64,000 bases of DNA from Marsupella aquatica. Its lineage: Eukaryota > Plantae > Marchantiophyta. The translations under genes and the position numbers were made by a program. Positions within the stretch are counted from its first letter, which is position 1, and each line of letters starts with the position of its first letter. Positions 1 through 11,536 of the stretch are shown one piece after another. The stretch is from NCBI GenBank assembly GCA_973895155.1, contig OZ316893.1, forward strand, positions 25,533,520-25,597,519. Direction: 5' to 3'. A model generated the notes under the pieces. It was not told the origin of the DNA and ran no database searches. It was given only the letters and a program-made list of their open reading frames with translations.

Positions 1-1541
1 AGCAGAAGCATGAGTGGAATGCAGCAATGCAGAGGGAGTTGCAATCTTTGAGTGACAACAAGACATGGGAGCTGGTGGAGCTTCCAAGAGGTCAGCAAGT
101 GGTGGACAGCAAGTGGATTTACAAGTTGAAGGATAGTCCTTCAGAGGGTGGAGACAAGATCTACAAGGCAAAGCTTGTTGCCAAGGGATTCACTCAGGAG
201 AAAGGAGTGGATTACAATGAGGTCTCTTCACCGGTTGCTAAGTATTCCACAATTCGGATCTTGTGTCAGCTTGTTGTGTTTTTTGGTCTGGTGATGGATC
301 AGATGGATGTTGTTACTGCTTTTTTCTATGACAACTTGGAAGAGATGATCTTCATGAGACAGCCACTAGGCTTTATGAAGAAGGGCCAAGAGAACTTAGT
401 TTGCAGATTGCTCAAGTCCTTGTATGGATTGAAGCAATCTCCCAGACAGTGAAACAAGCGGTTTGATGATTTCATGCTTGCTCAAGGTTTTACAAGGATG
501 GTGTATGATCCTTGTGTGTATACAAAATCAGTCAAGAATAATGTAATTGGTTTCATCATTCTGGTGATTTATGTGGATGACATGCTGATTGTGGCTAAAG
601 ATCAATCTGAGGTTGACAGTCTCAAGGAAAAATTGAGTGTTGAATTCAGGATGAAGGATCTTGGTAAGGCCAAGAGGATCTTAGGGATGGAGATTTTTAG
701 GAACTCTGAGACTGGACAGTTGTGCTTGAGTCAAGGCCAGTATGCGAGGAAAGTACTTGCACGATTCAACATGGAAAACTGTAAGCCAGTGAGTATTCCT
801 TTAGCTTCACATTTCAAGTTATCATCGGCTTTCTCTCCTACGGATGCTATGGAGAAAGGTCTGATGGCTAAGATTCCTTATGAGAAGGCAGTAGGCAATC
901 TGATGTATTTGATGACTTGTACAGTTAGGCCTGACTTGGCCCTAGCGATGGGCAAGGTTTGCAGATTCATGTCAAATCCAGGGAAGGTACATTGGGAAGC
1001 TGTGAAATGGATTCTCAGGTATCTCAAGGGTACACAGGACTATGGATTACTATTTGATAACAGATCAGATAGAACGTTAGTTGGCTATGTAGATTCTGAC
1101 TATGGAGGCTATCTGGATACAAGGAGGTCTACAACTGGGTTTGTTTACACTCTTGGAGGAGGATGTATCAATTGGAAATCTACCTTGTAGAAGTGCATAT
1201 CTCAGTCTACTACAGAAGTAGAGTATGTTGTAACAGCAGAAGCAGTAAAGGAAGCAATTTGGTTGGATAAGTTGATCGCGGAGATGGGTTTAGAGCATGG
1301 AAAAATGACTCTAAACTGTGATAGTCAGAGTGCTCTTCACTTGGCTGCTAACCAGGTGATGGATAGCAGGGTGAAGCACATTGATATCAGGTACCATTTT
1401 ATCAGGCAAGCAGTGTCTGATAAAACTTTTGAGCTAGTCAAGATTGATGGAAAGCTCAATCCCGCTGATGCCTTTACCAAAGTGATTCCTTTGGAGAGTT
1501 TCTCAAGACATCGTGCTACTTTGCAGGTTTTGCAGTTGTAG
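1..1541 (+). pseudogene. Copia pol (RT-RNase H) with two in-frame premature stops
   Basis: ORFs 27-452, 474-1190 and 1263-1541 share one frame. TGA at 450-452 replaces the conserved Trp of PRQW, and TAG at 1188-1190 replaces the conserved Gln. Confidence 0.92.
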
Positions 1542-1748
1542 TGCAAGTAGAGTTATTTAGCAATGTGTGACTATTTGTATATGGATTACTCATTCCTGTT
1601 AGGCTACGGCTTAGTTCTAGTTAACCCTTAGTTAACCCTTGTGGTTTTTAGGGGGAGACCTGGTTTGGTGATTGTCTAGAACTTCCCGTTGAGGAATCCA
1701 TATGGTAGCATTTAGTCCAGTCCCCAAGACAAGAGTCAAGGGGGAGTT

Positions 1749-2110
1749 TGTTAGATATTGCTCTAGTCTTGTGACTCATGAGCTAACCACAATTAGTCTA
1801 ACTCGGGTTAGGACTTAGCTAATGTTAGCGGTAGTGCATATAGCCAGGGCTGATGCCAGACCCTGGTGGAACAAAGGCTCATTGTTATGGAGCTAGTTGA
1901 GAGATAGGAAGAGCTTGTGTTGTGGATGCTTGGTATGGCCGGTCGGCCTAGAGTGCAGTAAAGCTCTTGTATGTTCCCGTGGACGTAGCCTCATGTGGAG
2001 GTGAACCACGTATCTCTCTGTGTCGACTCTTGTACGTTGGATGGTTCATGGGCTTGCCGTTACGAATGTCGTCTATGCTCAATAGAGAGTTGTATATGAA
2101 AACTCTGGCA
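1749..2110 (+). repeat. Copia 3' LTR (right boundary uncertain)
   Basis: Starts TGTTAG two bases after the PPT and contains the typical copia LTR motif pair cccgtggacgtagc...gtgaaccacgta. A candidate CA end is at 2109-2110. The 5' LTR is outside the window, so the end cannot be verified. Confidence 0.6.
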
Positions 2111-2640
2111 TCTTATATATAAATTGCGAAGGAAAGCTAGAGTTGAGGTCTAGGCTTCTAGAGTGAAGCATGTAGACCATGATTCTGAGGCCCCACCATA
2201 ATATATGTGCATTGAAAGGAGTATGTTATGATACATATGATTCTCAAAATGATGGGGCCAAATATGATGGTTTTTTTTAATCATTTCACTAACCTTCAAA
2301 GTATGAGAAGAGTAAATATATTTTATTGACACTTTTATTGCACTCTTCTCTATTACTCTCCTGGATTCATATTCAAAGAATGGGTAGTCGGGGATAGTAT
2401 TTGCAAATACAAATAAAACAGTAATGTAATTTTTCTAAAGTGTAATTTCAAACATCTCAACAAATGAGTAGTGGAGTCTAGTATTTACAAATACAAATAA
2501 AACAGTAATGTCATTTTTTAAGAGTGTAATTTCAAACATCTTTAGTGGCAATGTACTTCAAAAAACAATTTCAAACATAGAGTCAATGTAAGCAATTTCA
2601 AACATCAATTTGAAACATTTTTAGTGGCAACGTAGTCCAG
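2111..2640 (+). mobile_element. Possible non-autonomous Helitron-like or dispersed repeat 5' end, with internal ~86-bp direct repeat
   Basis: Begins a|TCTTATATATAAA. 2111-2180 matches 39625-39694 (gctagagttg..ctaggcttctagagtgaagc..tagac). 2398-2457 is repeated at 2484-2540. Confidence 0.35.
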
Positions 2641-2956
2641 ATTCAACCCCGGAGGACATTAATAAGACTATGGTACCACAGCTTGTGCGTGTGTGCGTGT
2701 TTATCGGCTCGATCTCGCACTTGAAGGGTCGGCGATCTGTCTGCAAAATAGTTGGTAGAGTGGTACCGTGTGGCGTGCATGACTCCGCTCGAGGTAACCG
2801 ATAATCTGGAGTAGATCTGGACCCACATGAGGGACTGATGATACACATACAGCTCACTCCTATCCTGTACTCCACTGTCGTCAGGTGATTTCACACTCTT
2901 GAAGTGAAATTTTTCTCTTGCGATGAAGCTCATGCAAATCCACTGATGCCAAATTG

Positions 2957-2959
<3 letters not shown>

Positions 2960-2992
<33 letters not shown>
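2960..2992. repeat. (GA)16 microsatellite upstream of or within the ETF beta 5' leader
   Basis: Direct observation. Confidence 0.95.
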
Positions 2993-2995
<3 letters not shown>

Positions 2996-4156
2996 AGTAG
3001 GGAATAGAGTTGAAAATGGTGATTGGCTGACTTATGAGGAACTTCAGTACTGCGCCGTGGGATGCTGAAATGAACAATTGTTGTTAGAGAGGAATAGAAG
3101 TACAGAGTACGCAAGCAGAGAGGAATTCCATGGAAGAATTTGGAGTTTTTGATCGAGTTCTCTGATTTGAAAAGTAGATTGGTGACGGATACGCCCAGTT
3201 CGCATTCAACGGGGGCAACATCCGGTTGGATTGACTCGTTGGCAACCAGAAACAGGTAGGGAAATCCTGCTCTTCGTCTCTTTATCAGTGGACAATGGAT
3301 GTGAAATTCTGAAAGGGGAAGAACTTGGCCTTAGACATCAGATGTGAGAGAGGTTTAAAAGAATTGATTCGCTTTGACAGTATGTTTTGTTAGAGGATAC
3401 CAACAGCATGACTGGTCACAGCTCTTTCCATCGTATATACATATATATTTTTGTCCCAGACTTTTGTGTACCAAGCAATGTTTAGTATATTTTGAGCTGT
3501 CCTGACCACGGTTCAGTTTCAGAGTTGAGGGTTTTCGGGAAGGAAGAAAGGGTGCATCGCATGCATTCCTGCTCGGGCTTCTCTGTTTCGAGTTTCGTCT
3601 GTTGGGTGTTCAATTTAGGGCTAAAAACATGGGAAACCGAAGCCTGAATTCTGGATCTCTAAAACATTTGAGGATTGAGCAGGAGTTGGCAGTAAGTTGA
3701 GATTGGGGCAATAACGTGCGGGAGAAAATTAGTCGAATTCGCACCTGAATGCACAGGTTGTGGAAAGCACTGAGAAAAACATAGCCGTGATTGGCTGTGA
3801 GAGGAGTGACCATTCGGAAAGGGGAGGACGCGATTATTAACCGAATCTATTAATTTCTTGGTTCAATTGCCATTTTGTGTACTCAATGCAGGGGCTTGTG
3901 TTGATCACCGGATTGTGTATCATTGATTGTGTACGCAAGATTATAATATCATGAAGGAGGTCCAGCTCGAGTAGAGAGGGAGTGAGAACAGGATAGTTGT
4001 TAACTATTTCATGTCCTTACCGCAGCGACTCGTGGTAAGTGAGGTTGGCGTGGAATGAGCCCAGTAGCCTTGTGAACTATTGAAGAGAATTCTTGGAATT
4101 AAAATCAGATTGCTCTCAAGCTCGATTTAGTGTAGGTGAAGACAGAGGGGAGCATC

Positions 4157-4909
4157 ATGAAGGTTCTAGTAGCCGTTAAGCGAGTCATTGACTATGCTGC
4201 GAAAATTCGAGTGAAGGCGGATAAGAGTGGGGTAGAGACGAGCAATGTGAAAATGTCAATGAACCCATTCTGTGAAGTAGCTGTGGAAGAAGCCTTAAAG
4301 ATCAAAGAGGCCGGGAAGACTTCGGAGGTAGTGGTCGTTAGCATGGGAGGTCGTCAGTGTGTGGACACCCTTCGTACAGGTCTCGCCATGGGGGCTGACA
4401 GGGCAATTCACGTTGCTACCGATGCCACTCTGTACCCTTTGGGTGTGGCCAAACTCCTCAAAGCCGTTGCAGCTATTGAGCAGCCCCAATTCATCATCTT
4501 GGGTAAGCAGGCCATTGATGATGACGCTAATCAAACAGGGCAAATGGTTGCTGGACTGCTTAAATGGCCTCAAGCGACATTTGCATCCAAGGTGACTTTT
4601 GAAGACAAGGATGCTGTTACTGTGCAGAGGCAGGTGGACGCGGGATTGGAGACAGTCAGGCTGAAGCTTCCCGCAGTTGTTACCACTGATATGCGCCTGA
4701 ATGAACCACGCTATGCTACTCTGCCTAACATCATGAAGGCCAAGAAGAAAACTATCACAAAGATCACCCCGGAAGAGCTTAAGGTGGACGTAGGCCAAGA
4801 TCTGGAGATTCTTCGAGTGGAAGAGCCCCCTAAACGGAAAGTTGGAGTGATGCTTTCGTCGGTGGATGAGCTGTTGGAAAAGCTTAAAAACGAGGCTCAT
4901 GTGATCTGA
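4157..4909 (+). CDS. ETFB: Electron transfer flavoprotein beta subunit (250 aa, intronless CDS)
   Basis: Motifs [51 protein letters not shown] and [19 protein letters not shown]. The ATG at 4157 follows a tgtag acceptor at 4135; the ORF-track start at 4136 is a GTG just inside the exon. Likely 5'-UTR introns lie at ~3256-3890 and ~4035-4135. Confidence 0.97.
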   Translation: MKVLVAVKRVIDYAAKIRVKADKSGVETSNVKMSMNPFCEVAVEEALKIKEAGKTSEVVVVSMGGRQCVDTLRTGLAMGADRAIHVATDATLYPLGVAKLLKAVAAIEQPQFIILGKQAIDDDANQTGQMVAGLLKWPQATFASKVTFEDKDAVTVQRQVDAGLETVRLKLPAVVTTDMRLNEPRYATLPNIMKAKKKTITKITPEELKVDVGQDLEILRVEEPPKRKVGVMLSSVDELLEKLKNEAHVI

Positions 4910-6673
4910 GTCCGGTCTTCTTCAAAAGAAACATTATTCCAGCTCTGAATCTCTCGTTCAGCTAGGAAGAAGAGATATGAAGCGAATGGGGTTTGAGCTG
5001 ACTATTGTCCTGGGTAGTGGGCCAGTACAGTATGGCACAAAGTGTTGCAGAGAAATATGCCTAGTAGGCGAATCTGTTTTCACAAACAAGGTGATATGCC
5101 AAAGCTCAGGTGTAGGCATGGCTATCACGAGTGGCAAAAGGATGCTTTCTAATTGCACACGGACATCCCCAAATCTACAGGGAGATATCAGGGGCACTGA
5201 AGTAGAAGGCCCAAGATCACTTACTACAAGTCGAGGGAATCCGTGGCTCTAGTTTCAACAGATGAGGCGAGTTGAGGGGGCCTATACCGTTAACGATGAA
5301 GAGTTCTGACTCTGTTGTATGTCCTTCGCTGTTCGTCTCATCCGTCGTCGACAGCAAAAGCTCTTGTAAAGATGAATGAGTATTTTGTTCCCGCTATTCT
5401 ACTCCGGTGGAATATCTAACAGCTGGTGAAGATGGGATATATTGTCTTGAAAGGAAGGTCAGGGTTCTAGTCAGGTCTCCAAATGTCCTTTCCCACAAAA
5501 CGTTGTGTACACTTTAGTTCCAATTTGTAGATTTGCTTGTTAGAGCCTCGTAAGAGGTATGTAGAAGGGAAGTGTGTTCCAGTCCGTATTTCATCTGCCT
5601 TGAATTTCCTTTGGCTTTCTGGAATGTACATATCAAGCTGGATTTTTTTGGTTTTAGTCAATAAAGATTCTACAATCTTACATCACAATCAAGTCTCCCT
5701 TAGTCTTAAGTTCACCTCTTCTTGGCATTTGAAGAAATTGGACCTATGCAATAACCATTTCTCTTTCAATGGCTTGTGGGATGGTTCGGTAGTTCCTATG
5801 AACGTGGATTGCTGAATTGTTTAACCCTTTTTCTGTCGAGAGCAGGAAATATTTCTGGAAGGGGTACCAAGTTTATAAATCTATTGTGACTCAATCCCTG
5901 CCCTAGCTGCCTGTGTAAAGGATAGCAAAGACTTCAGTTTATCAACTGGCAATATTACAGTGTTAGTACTTGAGAGTTCACCTTAGCCATGTTCACAACA
6001 ACCGCCATGCCATGAATGGACCAGACTAACACGAGGAGTATCGGAGATTTATGAAGAGAATGAACATGTCTTTATTTCAGTCCTGACCCTCTGGATCAGC
6101 GTGCCATTGGACCAAGATGAGGCGCAGCAGGTTACAAGACAGCCCAGTACGAAGTACATGTCGACTGAGCTTCATAGCTCTGCACGTGAAAGCCTCTTCT
6201 ACGTACTCTACCCAGTGCGGTCCATGCCCTCTTCTTGATTCATCCCTCGGCAAGGTTTATTAAAATTCCACCTCCAAGAAGGTGGTCAGTAGCCGCCAGT
6301 AGCAACAGCGTATACTACCGCTCTCGGTGACTCATCTTAAGATAGAATCTAGAGACTAAAGGACTAATCTCATCTGAATTTTACAGGAACTCTACCTGGC
6401 CATGGGGCCAGCAAAACAAGCAAAACACTTTGATATCATGATCATGGAATCTGATCAGAAGTGGATGTCTAAAGACCTAAATACTCTTGAAACATAATGC
6501 TTTGGCATTCGTTCAAATTGTGGCACGAAAATGAAGGGACTAGATTTAAGATGCTGCAGATTTTCTAACTGGAGCGTAACGAAGTCAGAGAGACTCGTTC
6601 TCAACCATAAAGATGAGGTGGAATCTAGATGACGTATCATTATCCTCCTTAGTATGCAAATTGGCCCACTTGT

Positions 6674-9600
6674 CTACGCAGGAAGGTTCTCATTACTTGC
6701 GTCTTTGGATGGGAGAGATGAGACTCTAATATTCTCATCACCCTTGACAAGTTTCCCATCGGGTGTGTAAACTATATTTTTGACAAATGTATCTGGCATT
6801 TCTATCACAGTAGCATCTCCAACTTTGCCTTTCTTAGAGAAGTCGTCACAGGGCTTAGCATTGCGATACGTTACATAAAGTGCAATTTGCGCCGCGCCAA
6901 AGAGTACTCCAAGTACATTTGGAATCTGCAGAACCACCATCGCGCTCTCAGATGTTTTGCTAAGTTTTGGTCTTCATAAAGTTGGTGGCTCTCTCCTTTC
7001 GACTTACATGCTTTGAATTTTAGTTTGATTTTATATTATATCCCTATATTGTTCCTTTTCATCATAACTACTTCACAATGTCAAAGATGAGCGTGCATTA
7101 ATGAAAAGGAGAGGGACTCTGAAGACAGGATGCATCGTCTTCGAATTGCCCATCAGTCGAAACCAGAAGAAATGCATGGATTGGTAGTTAAACTTTGAAA
7201 CCTCAATAAATAACTCGGCAGAACATGACTGATTCGAAAAATGCATGCTCAAGGTTAAGGTAGTCCTCTGTGGATAGAAATTCTGATCATATGTGATGCA
7301 AACACGCGTACCTACCGAGCCATACAGTCAAACACGGGGAACTCAGAGAAGTTGACTACTTGAGTACCGATGGAGGTAAGAAAAACCAACCAAGACGAAG
7401 ATGTCCTTTGTGAACATGCCATAGCATGTCCAAATGCAGCTGTTGATGAATAAAAACACACATAGCAGAATTGGTAGGAACTCCACGCTTCGAGTGAGAA
7501 TCACCATCTTCTGCTCCGACCAGCAAAAAAAAAGCCACTTTTTAATAAACCTCGAATTATCATTCAAAATCCTTCACTCAAATGTGCTCAGTCGAACTAT
7601 ACGGACCATCAAGTGAACGTAGGAGCTATCCTCAAGTCGTTGCATACTTAAACCCCTCACTGCAATCAGTGTAGATAACGCTACTATCGAGGCTATCACT
7701 CCTCCTCGCAACTATCTATGAATCCCCAAAAATCCAGAATGGTACATCGAAAAATCCACATCCATAATGGTACATCCGAAAATCCACAAAATCGAAAACA
7801 TGTACTACAGGTTTAAATTGCCCTAGCTAGGCTCCTCATGGCGGACCCTAGCATGCAGGAATAAAAATAAGAAAGTTTTATCCTTCATGAAAGTTAGTAA
7901 CAGTACTCATTTTCTTCAAGACAAATTGCCATAAAGTGAAGTATTTTAAAACCCCTTAAATCTGGGGCCACGATGATTGCATTAAGTAACCACGGCTAGG
8001 GAGAAGCCTTCACAGTAAAACTTCCAAAGCATCATCCAACTGTTAGCATTCGGATTGAAGCTCTTTTTTTTCTTTGTGCAGGAGCCATGACTGTTTGGTG
8101 TGCGACGAATCCACTCCGATTATATAATAAGGGTTTTGGTGAATGCTCGTGAGGTAGGCTGTGCAAATTTTGTGAATTCCAACCGAGACGGTGACATCCA
8201 TTCAAGGCATCTTACATGATCTGATCTACGAGAATCAGGTGACTGCAGCTCATGCTTACCGCGACCGTGAGCGGGGACGCATAAGTGATGACGCCAATCA
8301 CGACACAAATGCCTCCCACTGTCTGGGAGCGTTTATGTTGTGGAACAACAGTGAGGGTCAGCACCGCGGCAGTTGCCAAGAACACAAAGCACGCAGCCAG
8401 CACCTTTATGATGTACGTCTGCATGAAAAATTGGAACACATTCATAACATCAGGATGGGTCCGGAACGATTCCTTCAAAATTCCACACTATTTCTAATCA
8501 CATTAAAATTGCTCAGTAGTATTCTAAGTCAAAGTTCACCAGATTTATAACGTCCGCGATCAAGAACTCGGAGCATGCGGGGGGAGCATGTTCACCTAAA
8601 TAGTGCACGGTCAAAACTAATTAAAATGCACTGAAAAATGAAGAGAACGTGGCCACAAGCGATGTGCATGAGAAGCCTGGCCCTATTGGGTAGCGACAGA
8701 CTGAAGAGAGAATGGGTGGACCTTCTGATCAGTCATAGCCCAAACCCCGGACATAGCCATGCTGTCCTATTGTCCTAAGCAAGCAGCCCCAAATAAAAGG
8801 TGACATTGGCTGCACGTGACAGGGGTTTTACTTTATGTCGTGGACATTGAACTTTGAAATATCTTGAACTTGTGTTGCAGACGGATCCGGGGACGGCTCA
8901 TGACCTTGGCATGGGTGAGACCAAAAAAACAAAGAACACACATGAGCTCATCTAGCAGCAGCCAATTGCAACAACAGTTGACGACATCACCGAGGAACCG
9001 ACTCTGTAGTTGTCTTGGGATCCTTAATCTACGCTGAAACTCAAGGTACGTTCAATCCAATCCTACTGGGAGAGATTGGACCTGTCCTGAATATATCCAA
9101 TTTGCGCACTGAAAGTGAGCGCACATTGGATCCAACAAACACTCAGTGATGATTTTGGACTAGGCCTGGAACGCACTTAGCTAGCTGTCTTGGGATCCGC
9201 AATTTACGTACGCTGAAACTCAAGGTACGTTAAATCCAATACTACTGGGAGAGATTGGACCTGTCCTGAATATATCCAATTTGCGCACTGAAAGTGAGCG
9301 CACATTGGATCCAACGCACACTCAGTGATAGTTTTGGACCAGGCCTGGAACCCCCTTACTATTAAAAGTCACCGCAGATTGGATCTAAGATACTGGAATA
9401 TATTGTCTTGGAACGGTTGACTTGAATCCCTCCTAAAGTGGATTTCTACCCAGTCACATTCTTGTAACTTTTGCGTGAACATGGCTCTCCTCACACTTCA
9501 AGTAAGATGTACCCTCAATGGCGGTTGATAAGCTAGACAGAGCTCCGCTAATCAAGTCAGGTGCAAACTGTCATCAAATTACTTGAGGATCTCGGATCGA

Positions 9601-11054
9601 CAGGAACCAGAGGGTTCAAATGCCTTCTACACGCAATGGCATGCATGCCTGAAACTCTCTACAGCCTGACTTAGATCATACCGCACGAGGTAACGATCTA
9701 GTAAACATCGAGCGGATTGTTGGTTTCGATCAACTCTTACTGAGTACGTGTACATAACAAGATAATACTCTAGTCATATATGAACGCTAGAAGGAATTCG
9801 ACCAAGGATGCAGCTTCAGATTCAAGGTTCCAGATCTAAAACACAAAGTTCAAAAGTAACTCACCCTTGTTTTCTTCGCAGCGTAGGTCAAGAAGACGGT
9901 AAGATAGAAGATCTGTATTGAGCAACTAGCGACGTTGATGGTGATGAGCATGAGGGCGTTTTTCGTGACGATTGGGAGGCCATACAACACCCAGAGCAAG
10001 GCTGAGACAAGTGCAAACACGTAGGGTAGGCCAGAGAATCCCTGCGTGCATTTGTTCTTGTATATTTTCCAGAATGTGGGCCTGCCAAACGGATAAAACC
10101 TAAATAAGGCCAGAGTCCTACAAGGTCAACAAGAATGGTATGTATTCTAATGAGCATTCAATTAACCTCACAACCTTCAAATTTCAAGAATGACACAACC
10201 TTCGGAAAAGTGGAGAAAGTGTGGCCGAGGGATCTAGTGTTGGCACTCCTTGAACTCACTACGGCTACGCACTGTAATGTAGAGACTGTTTAATTTGATC
10301 CATTCCCTTTGTAATATATTGGCACCATGCATGTGTAAACGTACAAGATAACAGAACTCGTGATATATGATTGACAGATCGATCATCTGATGATTCAATG
10401 GCTAGCTACTTTATTGCACGCAAACATTGATCGAGCGGGCACACGAATGAAGAAAATGCGCCGTAAAATGCTAGTTCGGAGATGGCTCGTGTATGATCTC
10501 TAGTGTTAAGAAGTACTCACATTGGTGCTAGATTGACTCCCACTCCGAAGATATTTCCTGGAAGTCATATATACAGTTTAACAGGCCGAATGATCAGGCA
10601 AACATAAAATTCAGATGGCAAAATGAGCAACCAATTCAAGTGCTCGATTAGAAATCTATATATCTCTAAAGATTCTATAATTGTGAGATGGATATATTTT
10701 CCTAGTAACTACATCAAATCTAGACAGACTGAGGCTGAATTTCAGAATTGGACAAGGTGAAGGATGCATCAAATACACTGGATCATTCGAGTAACACACG
10801 ATTTGAATTCAGCATGCATTCCACTGTAATCATGAATGAAATGGGTGCTCCAGCTGGATACACATGTCTAGTAAACCCAAAATGCTAGTTGAAACGAAAA
10901 GTTTCGATTGAGATAGCTATGCCCAAAAATGATGGTAAGTATGACCTTTCTTGAAGCAAAATCCTTGAAAACTTCGGTTCCAAGCTAGCTACTAGGGGGT
11001 CGTTTTATGCGTACCTATAATTCCGAAGACGAGCTTGATAATGTGCGGATCCAT
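6674..11054 (-). CDS. SWEET: SWEET (MtN3/saliva) sugar transporter, 6 exons, 274 aa: 11054-11015, 10557-10521, 10081-9865, 8418-8260, 7510-7391, 6925-6674
   Basis: All junctions are GT-AG and phase-compatible. Exon sizes 40/37/217/159/120/252 match the canonical SWEET layout. Motifs FGIIGN, APMPTFWKI, FSGLPY, LW.LYG, LITIN, YASPL, TRSVEFLP, W..YG and IPNVLG...G.AQ. Confidence 0.95.
9011..9351. repeat. Tandem duplication (~179-bp period, 2 copies) of TCCAA...TTGGA hairpins within SWEET intron 3
   Basis: 9011-9171 and 9186-9351 are nearly identical. Each holds three inverted-repeat stems. Confidence 0.85.
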
Positions 11055-11354
11055 TGCTGCGGCTGCCTGGCCTTCGTGTCTGGTAGCTAGCTGGACTAGA
11101 CAGAAAAATTCAATTCAAGTGCTACCAAGCAGATCGTATATCAAGCACTTCAAGCACGAAGCGCTGTAAGGTGGAGGCCGTTGCAACTCATCAGAGCTAG
11201 TGTAAGATCAGATACCCCGTGAACCGGAGCAACTGCCTGAGTGGATCAAATTCCTTCTCTGACTGACAATTGGCCAAGTCAGACTAGTGCATGTGATCCG
11301 TGTACAGGTACATGCATGCGATCCTAGAGGATCTCTGTAGCTCCCCGATACAGT

Positions 11355-11536
11355 TACTTATAATTAAGCAGCGTTCCCGTCCACAACGAATCTCTCGCGG
11401 GCTCGCTCGTTGGATATATGATCTCTACGTGGGTCTCAGGTGAATGACGACCAACTAACGCCCCAGCTGAGAACGAATCTCTCGTCGGATCTCTCGTTGC
11501 ATCTAGCTCAATCTACGTGGGTCTTAATTAGGTGAA
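11355..11536 (-). promoter_or_regulatory. SWEET core promoter: TATA-like box plus a duplicated module carrying TACGTGG (ABRE/G-box-like)
   Basis: TATAA at ~11357-11361, about 300 bp upstream of the ATG. The module aacgaatctctcg...ctcgttg...tctacgtgggtct...aggtgaat occurs at ~11385-11445 and ~11472-11537. Confidence 0.45.

Larger units (their letters stand above)
1..2110 (+). mobile_element. 3' portion of a Ty1/copia LTR retrotransposon (RT, RNase H, PPT, 3' LTR), truncated by the window start
   Basis: Copia RT motifs (YKAKLVAKGFTQ, QMDV.TAF, LYGLKQSPRQ, IYVDDML) and RNase H motifs (GYVDSDYGG, NCDSQSALHLA, KHIDIRYHFIR). The PPT AAGGGGGAG at 1738-1746 is followed by a TG-starting LTR at 1749. 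Confidence 0.95.
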
